A DNA stretch of 37,886 nucleotides from Pseudomonadota bacterium (GTDB lineage Bacteria > Myxococcota > JACRCW01 > JAFGSX01), in contig JBDRCO010000083.1 of the NCBI GenBank assembly GCA_043821645.1, positions 1 through 37,886 of the forward strand, written 5' to 3'. The notes beneath the pieces were generated by a model. The model was not told the origin of the DNA. It saw only the letters and a list, made by a program, of their open reading frames with translations, and searched no databases. This document shows, one piece after another, positions 17,102 through 26,506 of the stretch. Both the position numbers and the translations under genes were made by a program. The stretch's first letter is position 1. Every line of letters starts with the position of its first letter.

Positions 17102-17465
17102 CGCAGACGTCGCCCTCGACGGCGAGCTCATCTTCCAGGGCCTGACCTACCGCTGGTCCTTCCACGGCCTGCAGCTCGGCCACTTCTCCCTCGCTGGCGG
17201 CCTGACCATGGTGGTCTTCTTCCTGGGCATCTTCCTTGACTTCAACATCCTGTACGGCTTCGCCTTCTTCGCGGCGGCCTGCATGGCCCTGGTGGTCATC
17301 CAGTGGCGCAAGCCTCCGGACTACCTGGGCGAGCTTTATGACCTGGCCACCCTCCCCAGGCACCTCACGGCCCTCGACGACGATCCGTGGACCGTCCCCT
17401 TCCCCGTGGCGCCAGAGGACCTCGCCACGAGTCGGATGGGACCACACAGCAGGAGAACTTCATGA
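17094..17465 (+). CDS. VirB3/TraL-like inner membrane protein
   Basis: 123 aa, two TM segments followed by KPPDYL; ATGA-coupled to the VirB4-like gene. Confidence 0.7.
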   Translation: MDDADVALDGELIFQGLTYRWSFHGLQLGHFSLAGGLTMVVFFLGIFLDFNILYGFAFFAAACMALVVIQWRKPPDYLGELYDLATLPRHLTALDDDPWTVPFPVAPEDLATSRMGPHSRRTS

Positions 17466-20077
17466 GACTGCTTCAGGGCAGCAGCAAGGAAGCTCCCCTC
17501 GCCTCGCGACTTCCCTGGTGGGTCAGTCGCACGGTTCCCACCAGCCTCGGCCCCCTTCCCGTGCTCGTCCTCAAGGACGGCACCATGGCCGTGGGCCTCA
17601 CCGTCCAGGGCATCGACGTCTATGCCTCCGACAACGCCGTCTTGAACCGCAATGCCTCCGTGCTCAAGGACTCCCTCAACATCCTTCCAGCAGGCTGCTT
17701 CCTGCAGGCCATCTTCGAGACCGGCTTCGACTTCGAGCCCCTCCTTCGTCGCTACGAGAGCATGCCTGGCTCCGGCACCAGCCCCATCGTGAAGGAGGCC
17801 CGCCGGCGTCGAGTGCGCATGCTCCGCGCCGACTCCTGGCTCTCCGGGACCCGCATCAGCTACTGGCTAGGGCTGTCCGGGGCTCTTGGGAGGCTCGCCT
17901 CCCACACCTCGAAGCCTGGCTTCCTCTCCCTGCTGGGTCAGGGCCGAAGGCATCCGTCCCAGCTCAAGCTGGAGCACGTCACCTCCGGCGCGGTGAAGCT
18001 TGCCGGCGTGGTCCAGCAGTTCCGCGACTCGCTCGACACCATGGGCGTCGCCACTGCGCTCATGAGCGAGAGCGCCATGCTCGCGGAGCTGTTCCGCCAG
18101 CTCAATCCAGGTACCTCCAGGCTGGTCGGCCCTCCGGTGATCATCGAGACCAGGGAGGACCTGGCCGGCCTCAGCACCGACCAGCGTGTCCTGTTCAGGG
18201 GCCCTGGCCTGTCCTCCCAGCTCGCTGCGGGCCCCATGACCTGGTCCGCCGACCGCTTCTCCCTCGACGATCCGCCGCTGCTTCACCGCGTCCTGGGCAT
18301 CCAGCGCTATCCCGTCGCCACCCAGCCCGACTGGCTGTTCGCCCTTCAGTACAAGCACATGCCCGAGACGCCCATGCGCCTCGTGGTCACGCACATGGCC
18401 ACCGACCGTCAGGTCAAGAAGGAGGAGCTGGAGCGCAGGCGCAACGTGCTGCAGGCACAGGTGGCCTCGCGCACCGTCGACCACGACGCCCTGGCAGCCT
18501 ACGAGGATTTTCAGCAACTCCTGGCGAGGATCGCCTCCTCCGACGCCAGGGTCTTCAACTCGTCAGTGCACGTCGTGGTTTCCGGTAAGAACGGACAGGA
18601 GCTGGACAGTGCCACGCGCGAGGTGAAGAAGGCCTTCGCCGTCGTCCACTGCGTCGCCACGACCTGCGTCAATCGCCAGCTCTTCTCCTGGCTCTCCACC
18701 TTGCCGGGCAACGGCCACATGAGCCCCAACCCCTATCCACTGCTGAGCGCGAGCTGCGCCCACCTGACTCCCTACTTCCAGCCCTCCGAGGGTGACCAGG
18801 ACGCGGACCTCCTGTTCGCGACCCGTCAGCGCAGCCTGCATGCCGTGAGCTGGCGCCAGGCCGGTAGCCGGGACAACACCAACACCTTCATCATCGGCTC
18901 CACGGGATCCGGAAAAACCTTCCTGTTCAGCCACATCTTCAAGACGACCCTGGCCCTGGGCGGCCACGTCGTCATCACCGACATCAAGGGTCCCCGTAAC
19001 AGCACCTACCTCCCCATGTGCGAGCTGCTGGGGGGCCAGTATGTGGCGCTGAACGCCACCGACGGGAGCGTCAGCTTCAATCCTTGCCCGGGCCACGCCG
19101 AGGCCAGGGGCAAGGATGGCTCCTTCGGCAGCGAGGCCATCGACCACCTGCAGAAGATCGTCTGCATGATGGCCGTCCCCGACCTCGACACCACGCGGGA
19201 CCGCGACCTGTACATGCGGGTCGCCAGCGAGGGCATCCGCGACGCCTACGCCGCGACCGCCGAATCAGCACGACAGCCCGTGCTGTCCGACGTCGCCAGG
19301 ACTCTTGAGGCCTACCTCTCCGACCGCGACCAGTTCACCACCCTGGCCCACGACATGGGCCTCAGGCTGCGCCTGTGGTGCGAGGACCGCAGGAGGGGCG
19401 CCCTCCTCGACCGTCCGACCTCGGGCGTGGGCGACCGCGAGTTTCAGGTCTTTGACTTCTTCGGCCTCGACAGCGACCCCGAGCTGGCTGGCGTCCTCAT
19501 CTCCACCCTCTCGTCGAGAATTTTTCGCAAGATGCAGGAGCTTCCTCTGTCCACGCCCAAGCTCTTTGGCTTCGACGAGGCCTGGGCCTTCTTCGATCAC
19601 AGCCAGGTGGCCGCCAACCTCATCGGCAGCCTGTTCCGCGTGGCCCGCTCCTACGGTGCAAGTTGCTTCGTGGCCTCGCAGAGCCACAAGGACGTCAGTG
19701 AGTCGCGGGCCGCGACCGCCATGATGGCCAATGCCTCCATCTACGTGCTGAACCGCATGAACGCCGACCACGAGGCCGTGGCGAGAGTGTTCTCGCTCTC
19801 GCCCCGGGAGCTGTCGCTCCTGAAGTCCCTTCAGTTCAGAAAAGGCCATTTTGCCGAAAGCCTCCATGTCGACCGGCATTCTTCACGAAGCCAGGTCCTT
19901 CGCTACGCGCCGACCCCCTGGGAGCTGTGGACGGACACCTCGCGAGCCGTCGACATCGAGCTGCGCAACAAGTTGCTCGATCGCCTCGGCTCCCCCCACC
20001 GCGTCCTCGACTACCTCTCCCGCAAGCATCCGCACGGCGCCCCGTCCGCGGACGCCACCGACGAGGCCGCCGCATGA
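17462..20077 (+). CDS. virB4: VirB4/TraC-like T4SS ATPase
   Basis: 871 aa; NTFIIGSTGSGKT, VITDIKG, FNP, FGFDEAW, ARSYG...ASQS motifs. Confidence 0.92.
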   Translation: MRLLQGSSKEAPLASRLPWWVSRTVPTSLGPLPVLVLKDGTMAVGLTVQGIDVYASDNAVLNRNASVLKDSLNILPAGCFLQAIFETGFDFEPLLRRYESMPGSGTSPIVKEARRRRVRMLRADSWLSGTRISYWLGLSGALGRLASHTSKPGFLSLLGQGRRHPSQLKLEHVTSGAVKLAGVVQQFRDSLDTMGVATALMSESAMLAELFRQLNPGTSRLVGPPVIIETREDLAGLSTDQRVLFRGPGLSSQLAAGPMTWSADRFSLDDPPLLHRVLGIQRYPVATQPDWLFALQYKHMPETPMRLVVTHMATDRQVKKEELERRRNVLQAQVASRTVDHDALAAYEDFQQLLARIASSDARVFNSSVHVVVSGKNGQELDSATREVKKAFAVVHCVATTCVNRQLFSWLSTLPGNGHMSPNPYPLLSASCAHLTPYFQPSEGDQDADLLFATRQRSLHAVSWRQAGSRDNTNTFIIGSTGSGKTFLFSHIFKTTLALGGHVVITDIKGPRNSTYLPMCELLGGQYVALNATDGSVSFNPCPGHAEARGKDGSFGSEAIDHLQKIVCMMAVPDLDTTRDRDLYMRVASEGIRDAYAATAESARQPVLSDVARTLEAYLSDRDQFTTLAHDMGLRLRLWCEDRRRGALLDRPTSGVGDREFQVFDFFGLDSDPELAGVLISTLSSRIFRKMQELPLSTPKLFGFDEAWAFFDHSQVAANLIGSLFRVARSYGASCFVASQSHKDVSESRAATAMMANASIYVLNRMNADHEAVARVFSLSPRELSLLKSLQFRKGHFAESLHVDRHSSRSQVLRYAPTPWELWTDTSRAVDIELRNKLLDRLGSPHRVLDYLSRKHPHGAPSADATDEAAA

Positions 20078-20877
20078 AACGTTTCTTGACGCTTTCACTC
20101 GTGACCCTGGCGCTTGCTGCAGTGCCGGCCGACGCCCACGCCACTCCCGTGGTCGAGGACGCCACCCTGGGTGCCCTGCTGGCCGAGACCATACGCCAGG
20201 GCCTCGAGGTCACCGCCACCCTGGCCTACATCCAGCAGGGCGTGGACTACGCGAGGCAGCAGGCCGAGCTGGTCGCCGCTGGCCTCGAAGCGGCCGAGAG
20301 CGTGGCCGCCGCCTTCGACGACCCCGAGAACTTCTTCCAGACCGAGGCCGAGAACTTCCAGCGAGCCTTTCCCGAGCTGGATCGCATTCGCTCGAGCGCC
20401 GAGGGCATACGCAGCACCTTCACCAGGGACGAGGATGGCCGGGGTCGCTACAACCCCTACGCCTTCGCCACCGTGCTCAGGGAGCTCAAGGAATCGCGGG
20501 CTGGCGCCTTCGACATGGCCATCCACACCGTGGACCTGTGGGCGGTGAACGAGCCCTTCGACAGGCTGCGCGAGTCCCTGACCGAGACCAAGAACAGCAC
20601 CGCCCGCATGGTCAGGGACACCGTGCTCGAGATCGCCACTGGCATGCGCCCCGAGCGGGCCGCCATCATCTCTGCCCAGGCCGGCACCATCACCGCCGAC
20701 AACACCACCTCCATGAGCCTCACCTTGCAGGAGCTGCTGCGTATCCAGCAGGTTCGCCTGCTCAACGAGGTCAACTCCAAGGTCCAAATCGACGTCGACT
20801 ACTCGAACCAGATGAAGGCCACCCCCGAGGAGTCCCTCGCTCCTGCGAGCTGGGGCCTGGAGGTCGACGTCAGATGA
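20074..20877 (+). CDS. VirB5/TrbJ-like exported protein
   Basis: Signal peptide ending AHA, then PVVED; helical and Gln-rich; lies between the VirB4- and VirB6-like genes. Confidence 0.6.
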   Translation: MKRFLTLSLVTLALAAVPADAHATPVVEDATLGALLAETIRQGLEVTATLAYIQQGVDYARQQAELVAAGLEAAESVAAAFDDPENFFQTEAENFQRAFPELDRIRSSAEGIRSTFTRDEDGRGRYNPYAFATVLRELKESRAGAFDMAIHTVDLWAVNEPFDRLRESLTETKNSTARMVRDTVLEIATGMRPERAAIISAQAGTITADNTTSMSLTLQELLRIQQVRLLNEVNSKVQIDVDYSNQMKATPEESLAPASWGLEVDVR

Positions 20878-21983
20878 TGGACTTCTCCATCACCGAGCTG
20901 ACCCGCAAGGCGGTCACCACCACCTCCCTGAGGACCTTCCTCACGGCAGGTGGCGGCGTGCTGGTCCTGTCCTTCCTCCTCGCCTCGGGGCAGCAGGTCC
21001 TGGCCCTCGTCTCCGGCGACAGACCCCAGTGGCAAAAACCCTTCGCCAGGTTGGGCTTCTTTGCCTTCCTGCTCGGCTCCTACACCCTCATCGTGCCGTG
21101 GACCCTCTCCATCGTGCAGAGCTTCGGTCGCCTGGACGAGTCCTCACAGAGCGTCGAGCAGCGCTTCGTCGACCGCTACGTGCAGTTCCAGCAGATCCGG
21201 GACGGGCTGTCTCGCCCCCCCGAGGATCCCGACGCTGCTGGCACCACCTCCGAGAGCTGGTTTCCCTCCCTCAGCATGGAGGGCTTCAAGCTGAGCCTGA
21301 TGCAGTGGGTGACAGAGCTGACCTACGTGCTGACCCTGGCCCTCGTCTTCATGCTCAAGCATTTTCAGCACTACCTGCTGCTGGTCATCATCAACTTCGG
21401 CCCCGTGCTCATCGCCTTCGCTTCCCTGCACCCCTTCTTCCACGTGCTGGCCGTGTCCTGGTTCTGGTCCCTGGTGGAGGTCTCCGCCTGGGGCTGGACC
21501 ATGCAGCTCCTGCTGCAGGCCCTGGCCGTGGTCCCCGAGCGCGTGGGCTCCCTGTCCGGGGGCATGCCCACCCTGGCCCAGCACATGATGACCAACCTGA
21601 CCTTCACCCTGCTGCTGGTGAGCGTCCCCGTGGTCACCGCCATGATGATCCGTGGCCAGTCCGCCAGCTCCCTCGGTCAGCGCGTCGCCATGGTGGCCCT
21701 TGCCGGGGCCGCCGTCTCCATGTCCGCCATGAAGAACGGCGCCACCGCCGTCGAGCAGGGAATCCGCTCCCGCCTGGGCGGCGGCGCCTCCGCGGCTTCC
21801 TCCTCCCAGGCCGCCTCGGCCCCCTCACAAGCCTCTCCGGGTGGTCCTGCTGCCCGCTCCGACGATCCGGCCGCAGCCGCGAGGCCCGTCGGCAACTTCT
21901 CGGCCGCTGCGGACCCCAGGGCCAGGCGCCAGGCTTACGCCATCAAGAGCAAGCTCGCGAAGCGGGCCAGATCGGACGACTGA
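20874..21983 (+). CDS. VirB6/TrbL-like polytopic membrane protein
   Basis: Multiple TM segments, IINFGPVLIAF motif, Ala/Ser/Gly-rich C-terminal tail; ATGA overlap. Confidence 0.72.
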   Translation: MMDFSITELTRKAVTTTSLRTFLTAGGGVLVLSFLLASGQQVLALVSGDRPQWQKPFARLGFFAFLLGSYTLIVPWTLSIVQSFGRLDESSQSVEQRFVDRYVQFQQIRDGLSRPPEDPDAAGTTSESWFPSLSMEGFKLSLMQWVTELTYVLTLALVFMLKHFQHYLLLVIINFGPVLIAFASLHPFFHVLAVSWFWSLVEVSAWGWTMQLLLQALAVVPERVGSLSGGMPTLAQHMMTNLTFTLLLVSVPVVTAMMIRGQSASSLGQRVAMVALAGAAVSMSAMKNGATAVEQGIRSRLGGGASAASSSQAASAPSQASPGGPAARSDDPAAAARPVGNFSAAADPRARRQAYAIKSKLAKRARSDD

Positions 21984-21985
21984 CC

Positions 21986-22702
21986 ATGAAAGCAGCACCC
22001 CCCAGCAATCCTGGCAGCAAGCTCGTCGACGAGTTCGATGCCTACTCTCGTGTTTTCCGGGAAAACTCTCGCTACCGCCGCCGCGAGTTCTTCTACCTCG
22101 CCACCATCCTCGTCTGCCTCGTCATCGCCGGTGTGGCTGCCATGCAGCCGCCCGTGGTCATCATGAAGGACGCCACCAGGCCCGCCGAGCCTCCACAGCT
22201 CCTCACCCCAGGCAATGCTCCCGAGATCCGCAACATCGACGCCGAGGCCTTCTTCACCTACGTGGTCCGCCGTCGCTACGGCTGGGATTCCGCCACCGTG
22301 CTCAGGGATCTTGAGGAGATCAACCTGCTGATGACGCCGCCCATGAAGGCGGCCTTCCAGGGCTACGTGAACGGCCGCGAGCCGAGCGACGACGACACCG
22401 TCACCGCCACCGAGCACCCGAGCCGCGTGGCGACCTGGATGAAGGCCATGGTCAAGAACACCGTGGCCCTGCCTCGCGACGACCTCGAGTGCCGCCACGA
22501 TGAGGTGGAGGGCGTGTGGTACTGCCACGGCTTCGGCTGGATAGACACCTTCCCCATGTTCGCCCAGCTCGGCCAGGGCCTCTCCGAGCGTCGGCGCGTG
22601 GAGTTCCGCTCGAAACTTCTGCCCTTCCAGTACACGGAGCAGAAACCCTGGGGTATGGTCATCGCATACCTGGACGCCCTCGACGTCACTGGTGAGAAGT
22701 GA
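21986..22702 (+). CDS. VirB8/TraE-like bitopic protein
   Basis: One N-terminal TM (FFYLATILVCLVIAGVAAM), PVVI, and C-terminal QKPWGMVI resembling the VirB8 NPxG motif. Confidence 0.68.
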   Translation: MKAAPPSNPGSKLVDEFDAYSRVFRENSRYRRREFFYLATILVCLVIAGVAAMQPPVVIMKDATRPAEPPQLLTPGNAPEIRNIDAEAFFTYVVRRRYGWDSATVLRDLEEINLLMTPPMKAAFQGYVNGREPSDDDTVTATEHPSRVATWMKAMVKNTVALPRDDLECRHDEVEGVWYCHGFGWIDTFPMFAQLGQGLSERRRVEFRSKLLPFQYTEQKPWGMVIAYLDALDVTGEK

Positions 22703-23613
22703 TGCTTCACACGAGCGCTGCTGCCCTGTTCTCCATGCTCCTGACCCAGTCAGGCGGTCCCGACCTCCTCAAGCCCCAGAACCGGGTCATCGAGCTGGAC
22801 CCCGAGCAGCAGGTGGTCCAGGTGGACGTGCTCGGGGCGCCCTTCGTGCTGACGGCCATCGTCATGCCAGAGGCCTACACCCAGGCCACCTGCGGCAACT
22901 GCACCGACGACAGGAACTCCTCACCGAACGCCAACTGGCAGCTGACCCTGGCGCCCGAGGAGAGGACCGTCTACCTCAAGCCCACGCGGCTTCCCGACGC
23001 CACCAACCCCCTTCCAGCCTTCCACACCACCCTCCACATCACGCTGGAGAGCGGCTATCGCATCAACCTCAACGTCAACATGGCCGACGTCCGGGGCAGC
23101 ACGCCTCCTGACGCCGAGGTTTCTTTCAAGATGCCGTCCTCGTCCACCCTGGCCGGCCGCCTGGCCAAGCGCGACGAGGAGCGCGAGGCCGCCTTCCAGG
23201 AGAAGGTCCACAAGGCGGGCCGCCAGTACATGGCCGAGAACCTCACCGGCAAGCTCCGCTGCCACGACGCCGTGGGTCGGCCCTACCGCAAGGACAGGAT
23301 GGTGGTTCGCCTGGTCCAGCACTGCTCGCGCGGCGACGCCATGTTCTGGGCCGTGTTCGAGGTGGAGAACCGCGGCAACCAGAAGCTCGAGCTGGACCAG
23401 GCCTCCCTGATCCCTGCTGCCACCGCTGCCGGCTCCGGCGGCGACGGGTTGTTCCGCTTCGACAGGACGTCGCTCCTGTTCAATCAAAGGACCAGGGGGG
23501 TCGCCTTCGCCTGGCTGCAGCCTGACGACGCTCCTCCCGAGGCCTGGCAGGTGGTCGTCACCGAGCGTGGCGGCAAGGGCCGCGAAGTCACCGTCGACGG
23601 GATCGAGTACTAG
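22699..23613 (+). CDS. VirB9/TraN-like outer-membrane core protein (DUF2381-like)
   Basis: Signal-like N-terminus; two beta-rich domains (TVYLKP, TTLHITLESG; FEVENRG, VVTERGGKGREVTV) joined by a coiled helix; precedes the VirB10-like gene. Confidence 0.62.
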   Translation: MMLHTSAAALFSMLLTQSGGPDLLKPQNRVIELDPEQQVVQVDVLGAPFVLTAIVMPEAYTQATCGNCTDDRNSSPNANWQLTLAPEERTVYLKPTRLPDATNPLPAFHTTLHITLESGYRINLNVNMADVRGSTPPDAEVSFKMPSSSTLAGRLAKRDEEREAAFQEKVHKAGRQYMAENLTGKLRCHDAVGRPYRKDRMVVRLVQHCSRGDAMFWAVFEVENRGNQKLELDQASLIPAATAAGSGGDGLFRFDRTSLLFNQRTRGVAFAWLQPDDAPPEAWQVVVTERGGKGREVTVDGIEY

Positions 23614-23615
23614 CC

Positions 23616-26231
23616 ATGTGTCCGACCAGGGACGAGCTGGAATTCAGGGAGGAGTCGCTCGGACAGGAGTCCGTGGCTCCCTCCTCCCCCGACCAGGCCA
23701 CGACCCCTCTGCGCCCTGACCGCAAGGCCAGCACCGCAGCAGCGACGCCCGAACCCTCCATCACCGTCACGGCCCAGCTCCTCTACCCCACCACCAGTCC
23801 AAAGCCTGCCCTGGTGTCCGAGCCTCCAGGTCCCTACAGCCCAGAACCTTCCGGCGAGCCCTCCGCACCCGGCGACGGCACCCGCTTTCAGGCCCCGCAG
23901 GCTGGCACCGGCGACGACACCTCCGCCATCGAGGAGCTGTCCCCCGATGACGTCGAGCAGGTGACCAGCTCCAACATGGTCCTCGGCACCACGCTCGGCG
24001 GCAAGTACCGCATCGTCTCCGAGCTGGGCGCCGGAGGCATGGGTCGCGTCTACCGGGCCCGCGACCTGTCCCTGCAGCGTGACGTGGCCATCAAGGTCAT
24101 GCGCGAGTCTTTCCTGGAGAGTGCCAGCGAAGACGTCAAAAAACTCTTCGAGCAGCGCTTCGAGGTCGAGGCCAGGCTGCCCGCGGCCATCTCCCACCCC
24201 AACATCGTGGCCATCCACGACCGTGGCGTGCACCAGGAACTGTCCTACCTGGTCATGGAGTTCCTTCCCGGCTCGCGCTCCCTCGCCGATCTGGTGAAGG
24301 AGGCCATGGCCGCGAAGAAGTTCATCGAGACGGAGCTCGTCAGGGACATCTTCCTGCAGATCGCGTCCGCTCTCAGGGCCGTGCACTCGAGGCCAGGCAC
24401 CTTCCACCGCGACATCAAGCTCGACAACATCCTGCTGTGCGACCTGCCTGGTGGCGGGCAGGTGGTGAAGCTCATCGACTTCGGCATCGCCCACGAGGAC
24501 AGCAGCGACCGCACCCAGACAGGCCTGCTCCTGGGCACACCCCGCTACCTGGCGCCCGAGTTCTTCGAGTACGACGAGGAATGCCGGCCCCTGGTCATGG
24601 ACCACAGGGCAGACCTCTATGCGCTGGGCGTGGTCCTGTACCAGGTCCTCGTGCTCAGGCGGCCCTACGCGAACATCTCGGACGTCCGCGAGGCCATGGC
24701 GTCCTTCAAGTCGACCACGAACTACCCCGCTCCACCGACAGAGTTCAGGCCCTCCATCTCGGTCGGCTGGGACTTCGTGACCATGAAGCTGCTCGCCCGC
24801 AACCGCGAGTACCGCTACCACAGCGCCGCGGACCTGATGGTCGACCTCAAGCACCTCGAGGCCCTTCCCCCCTACGAGGGTCCGGGTGCCCGCCAGCGCC
24901 CCGCAGCAGACAGCATCCTGAAGCCCGTCCAGCCCGCACCCCAGGAGCCAGGGCAGGATCCACGGGACCCTGCCCCTCCCGAGCTTCCGGCACACGAGGA
25001 TCCAGACGCCGCCTCCCTGAGCGCCTTCGGCGTCGGGCCGCAGGCTTCCCCTGCCGGCACCACCTCCCAGCCGTCGAACCCTTCCGGGTCCGAAACCGGC
25101 GCAGCCGCCAGCGCCTCACAGCCCTCCACCTCCAACCTTCAAAGCCTGTCCGGAGCCCTCCCCTCACCAGCCAGGCCCGGAGCACCAGGGCCAGTTCTTC
25201 CGACCCAGGCCACATCTTCCACGGACGCCTGGGCGCCCGCTCCTGACGACGGCAGCAAGAAGGGCATGAGGCTGGCCCTCGTGGCCGGAGCAGCCTTCAT
25301 TGCTGTCCTGATCGGCGTCGGCGCCATCGTGAAGGGCCTGGAGACGCTGTCAGCCCGCAACGAGGTCGCGTCCACCGAGTGGGATCCCCCGGAAGCGGAT
25401 CAGGCCAGGCGCGACAGGGCCGAGTGGATGAAGGCCATGCAGGACGAGGCACCGCCCGTGCGTCCCGAGCCCGTCGTGAAGGCCCCACCAGCCCCTGCTC
25501 CGCAGGAACCCGTCGCCGAACCGGCGCCAGGCCCCAGGAAGACCACCAGCCGCCCAGCCACCACCAGGAAGGCGAGCACCCCGTCGCCAGAGACAGCAGC
25601 AGCCCAGCCTGCTGCGCCCCCTGTCGACGACTACGCAGCCATCTACGGCACGGCCAACAAGGACCTGTCCGGCGGCACCGTGACCATGCGGGTCAACCAG
25701 GACAGCACCGAGCCTTCCGCTGCTGGTTCCGTCGCTGGCAAGGTCATCTCGGCGACCCTCCTATCCGACGTGGCCGACAGGCCCGCGGGCGCAGCCGTCA
25801 TCGCCAGGGTCACAAAGGCCATGACCCTTGGCAGCAAGCGCATTCCAGCCGGTGCCGAGGCCCACGGCACCGTGACCAGCTCGTCAGGCCTGAGGATCTT
25901 CGTGGAGTTCAATCTCTTCCGTCTTTCCGACGGTAGCACCATCACCTTCAAGGGCACCGCCACCGACCCCAGAGGCCGGCAGGGCATTCCTGGCAAGAAG
26001 CTGCTCAATGCAGGCACGGCCACCGGCGTCGCTGCCAACGTCGGCGGCAACCTCGTCGACCAGGCCGGCAGCGTGCTGGCCGAGAACGTCGACAGCAAGC
26101 TGGCCAGGGCCGGCGTGACCTCCAGCTTCTCCGAGACCGGCCGCCGCTCCGGCGCCCTCAGCACCGAGGAAGACGCCGTCGTCGCCAGCAAGGGCACGGC
26201 CTTCAGCATCTACGTGCAGTCGGTCGACTGA
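23616..26231 (+). CDS. Fusion: Hanks-type Ser/Thr protein kinase - TM - Pro-rich linker - VirB10/TrbI-like domain
   Basis: LGAGGMGRVY, VAIK, HRDIKLDN, DFG, GTPRYLAPE, DLYALG; TM at about 25266-25331; C-terminal ISATLLSDV...VIARV...IPAGAEAHG...RIFVEF...DPRGRQGIPG...KGTAFSIYV. Confidence 0.85.
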   Translation: MCPTRDELEFREESLGQESVAPSSPDQATTPLRPDRKASTAAATPEPSITVTAQLLYPTTSPKPALVSEPPGPYSPEPSGEPSAPGDGTRFQAPQAGTGDDTSAIEELSPDDVEQVTSSNMVLGTTLGGKYRIVSELGAGGMGRVYRARDLSLQRDVAIKVMRESFLESASEDVKKLFEQRFEVEARLPAAISHPNIVAIHDRGVHQELSYLVMEFLPGSRSLADLVKEAMAAKKFIETELVRDIFLQIASALRAVHSRPGTFHRDIKLDNILLCDLPGGGQVVKLIDFGIAHEDSSDRTQTGLLLGTPRYLAPEFFEYDEECRPLVMDHRADLYALGVVLYQVLVLRRPYANISDVREAMASFKSTTNYPAPPTEFRPSISVGWDFVTMKLLARNREYRYHSAADLMVDLKHLEALPPYEGPGARQRPAADSILKPVQPAPQEPGQDPRDPAPPELPAHEDPDAASLSAFGVGPQASPAGTTSQPSNPSGSETGAAASASQPSTSNLQSLSGALPSPARPGAPGPVLPTQATSSTDAWAPAPDDGSKKGMRLALVAGAAFIAVLIGVGAIVKGLETLSARNEVASTEWDPPEADQARRDRAEWMKAMQDEAPPVRPEPVVKAPPAPAPQEPVAEPAPGPRKTTSRPATTRKASTPSPETAAAQPAAPPVDDYAAIYGTANKDLSGGTVTMRVNQDSTEPSAAGSVAGKVISATLLSDVADRPAGAAVIARVTKAMTLGSKRIPAGAEAHGTVTSSSGLRIFVEFNLFRLSDGSTITFKGTATDPRGRQGIPGKKLLNAGTATGVAANVGGNLVDQAGSVLAENVDSKLARAGVTSSFSETGRRSGALSTEEDAVVASKGTAFSIYVQSVD

Positions 26232-26280
26232 GCTGCACCACCCGCGATGTGCTAGGATGTCGCCCGGGACAGGGGGATTC

Positions 26281-26502
26281 ATGACGCGCAAGAAGACCAG
26301 CCGCACGACTCCCAGGGAGCCGAAGGAGGCCGCGGGACACGAGGAACCACCGACCAGGCCGACACTCGCCGACAAGCTGCGCGCCTCAGGCATCGAGGTC
26401 CACACCCTCGATACCCTGGGCAATCTCTGGAGCGAGGAGTTCGACAGGGCCGGGGAGGCAAGCGACTCCACGGGAAAGAAGAAGGCAAAGCCCGGCCGCT
26501 GA
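26281..26502 (+). CDS. Small hypothetical protein
   Basis: ATG 26281 behind AGGGGGA; 73 aa; backbone-like codon usage. Confidence 0.55.
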   Translation: MTRKKTSRTTPREPKEAAGHEEPPTRPTLADKLRASGIEVHTLDTLGNLWSEEFDRAGEASDSTGKKKAKPGR

Positions 26503-26506
26503 CCCC

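Noticed and set aside
19851-22702. Long N-terminal extensions in the ORF track (19851, 19927, 21029; likewise 5112, 10822, 17387, 32932)
   Set aside because: Downstream starts with RBS, signal peptides or stop/start coupling fit better; the extensions overlap upstream genes or non-coding DNA.
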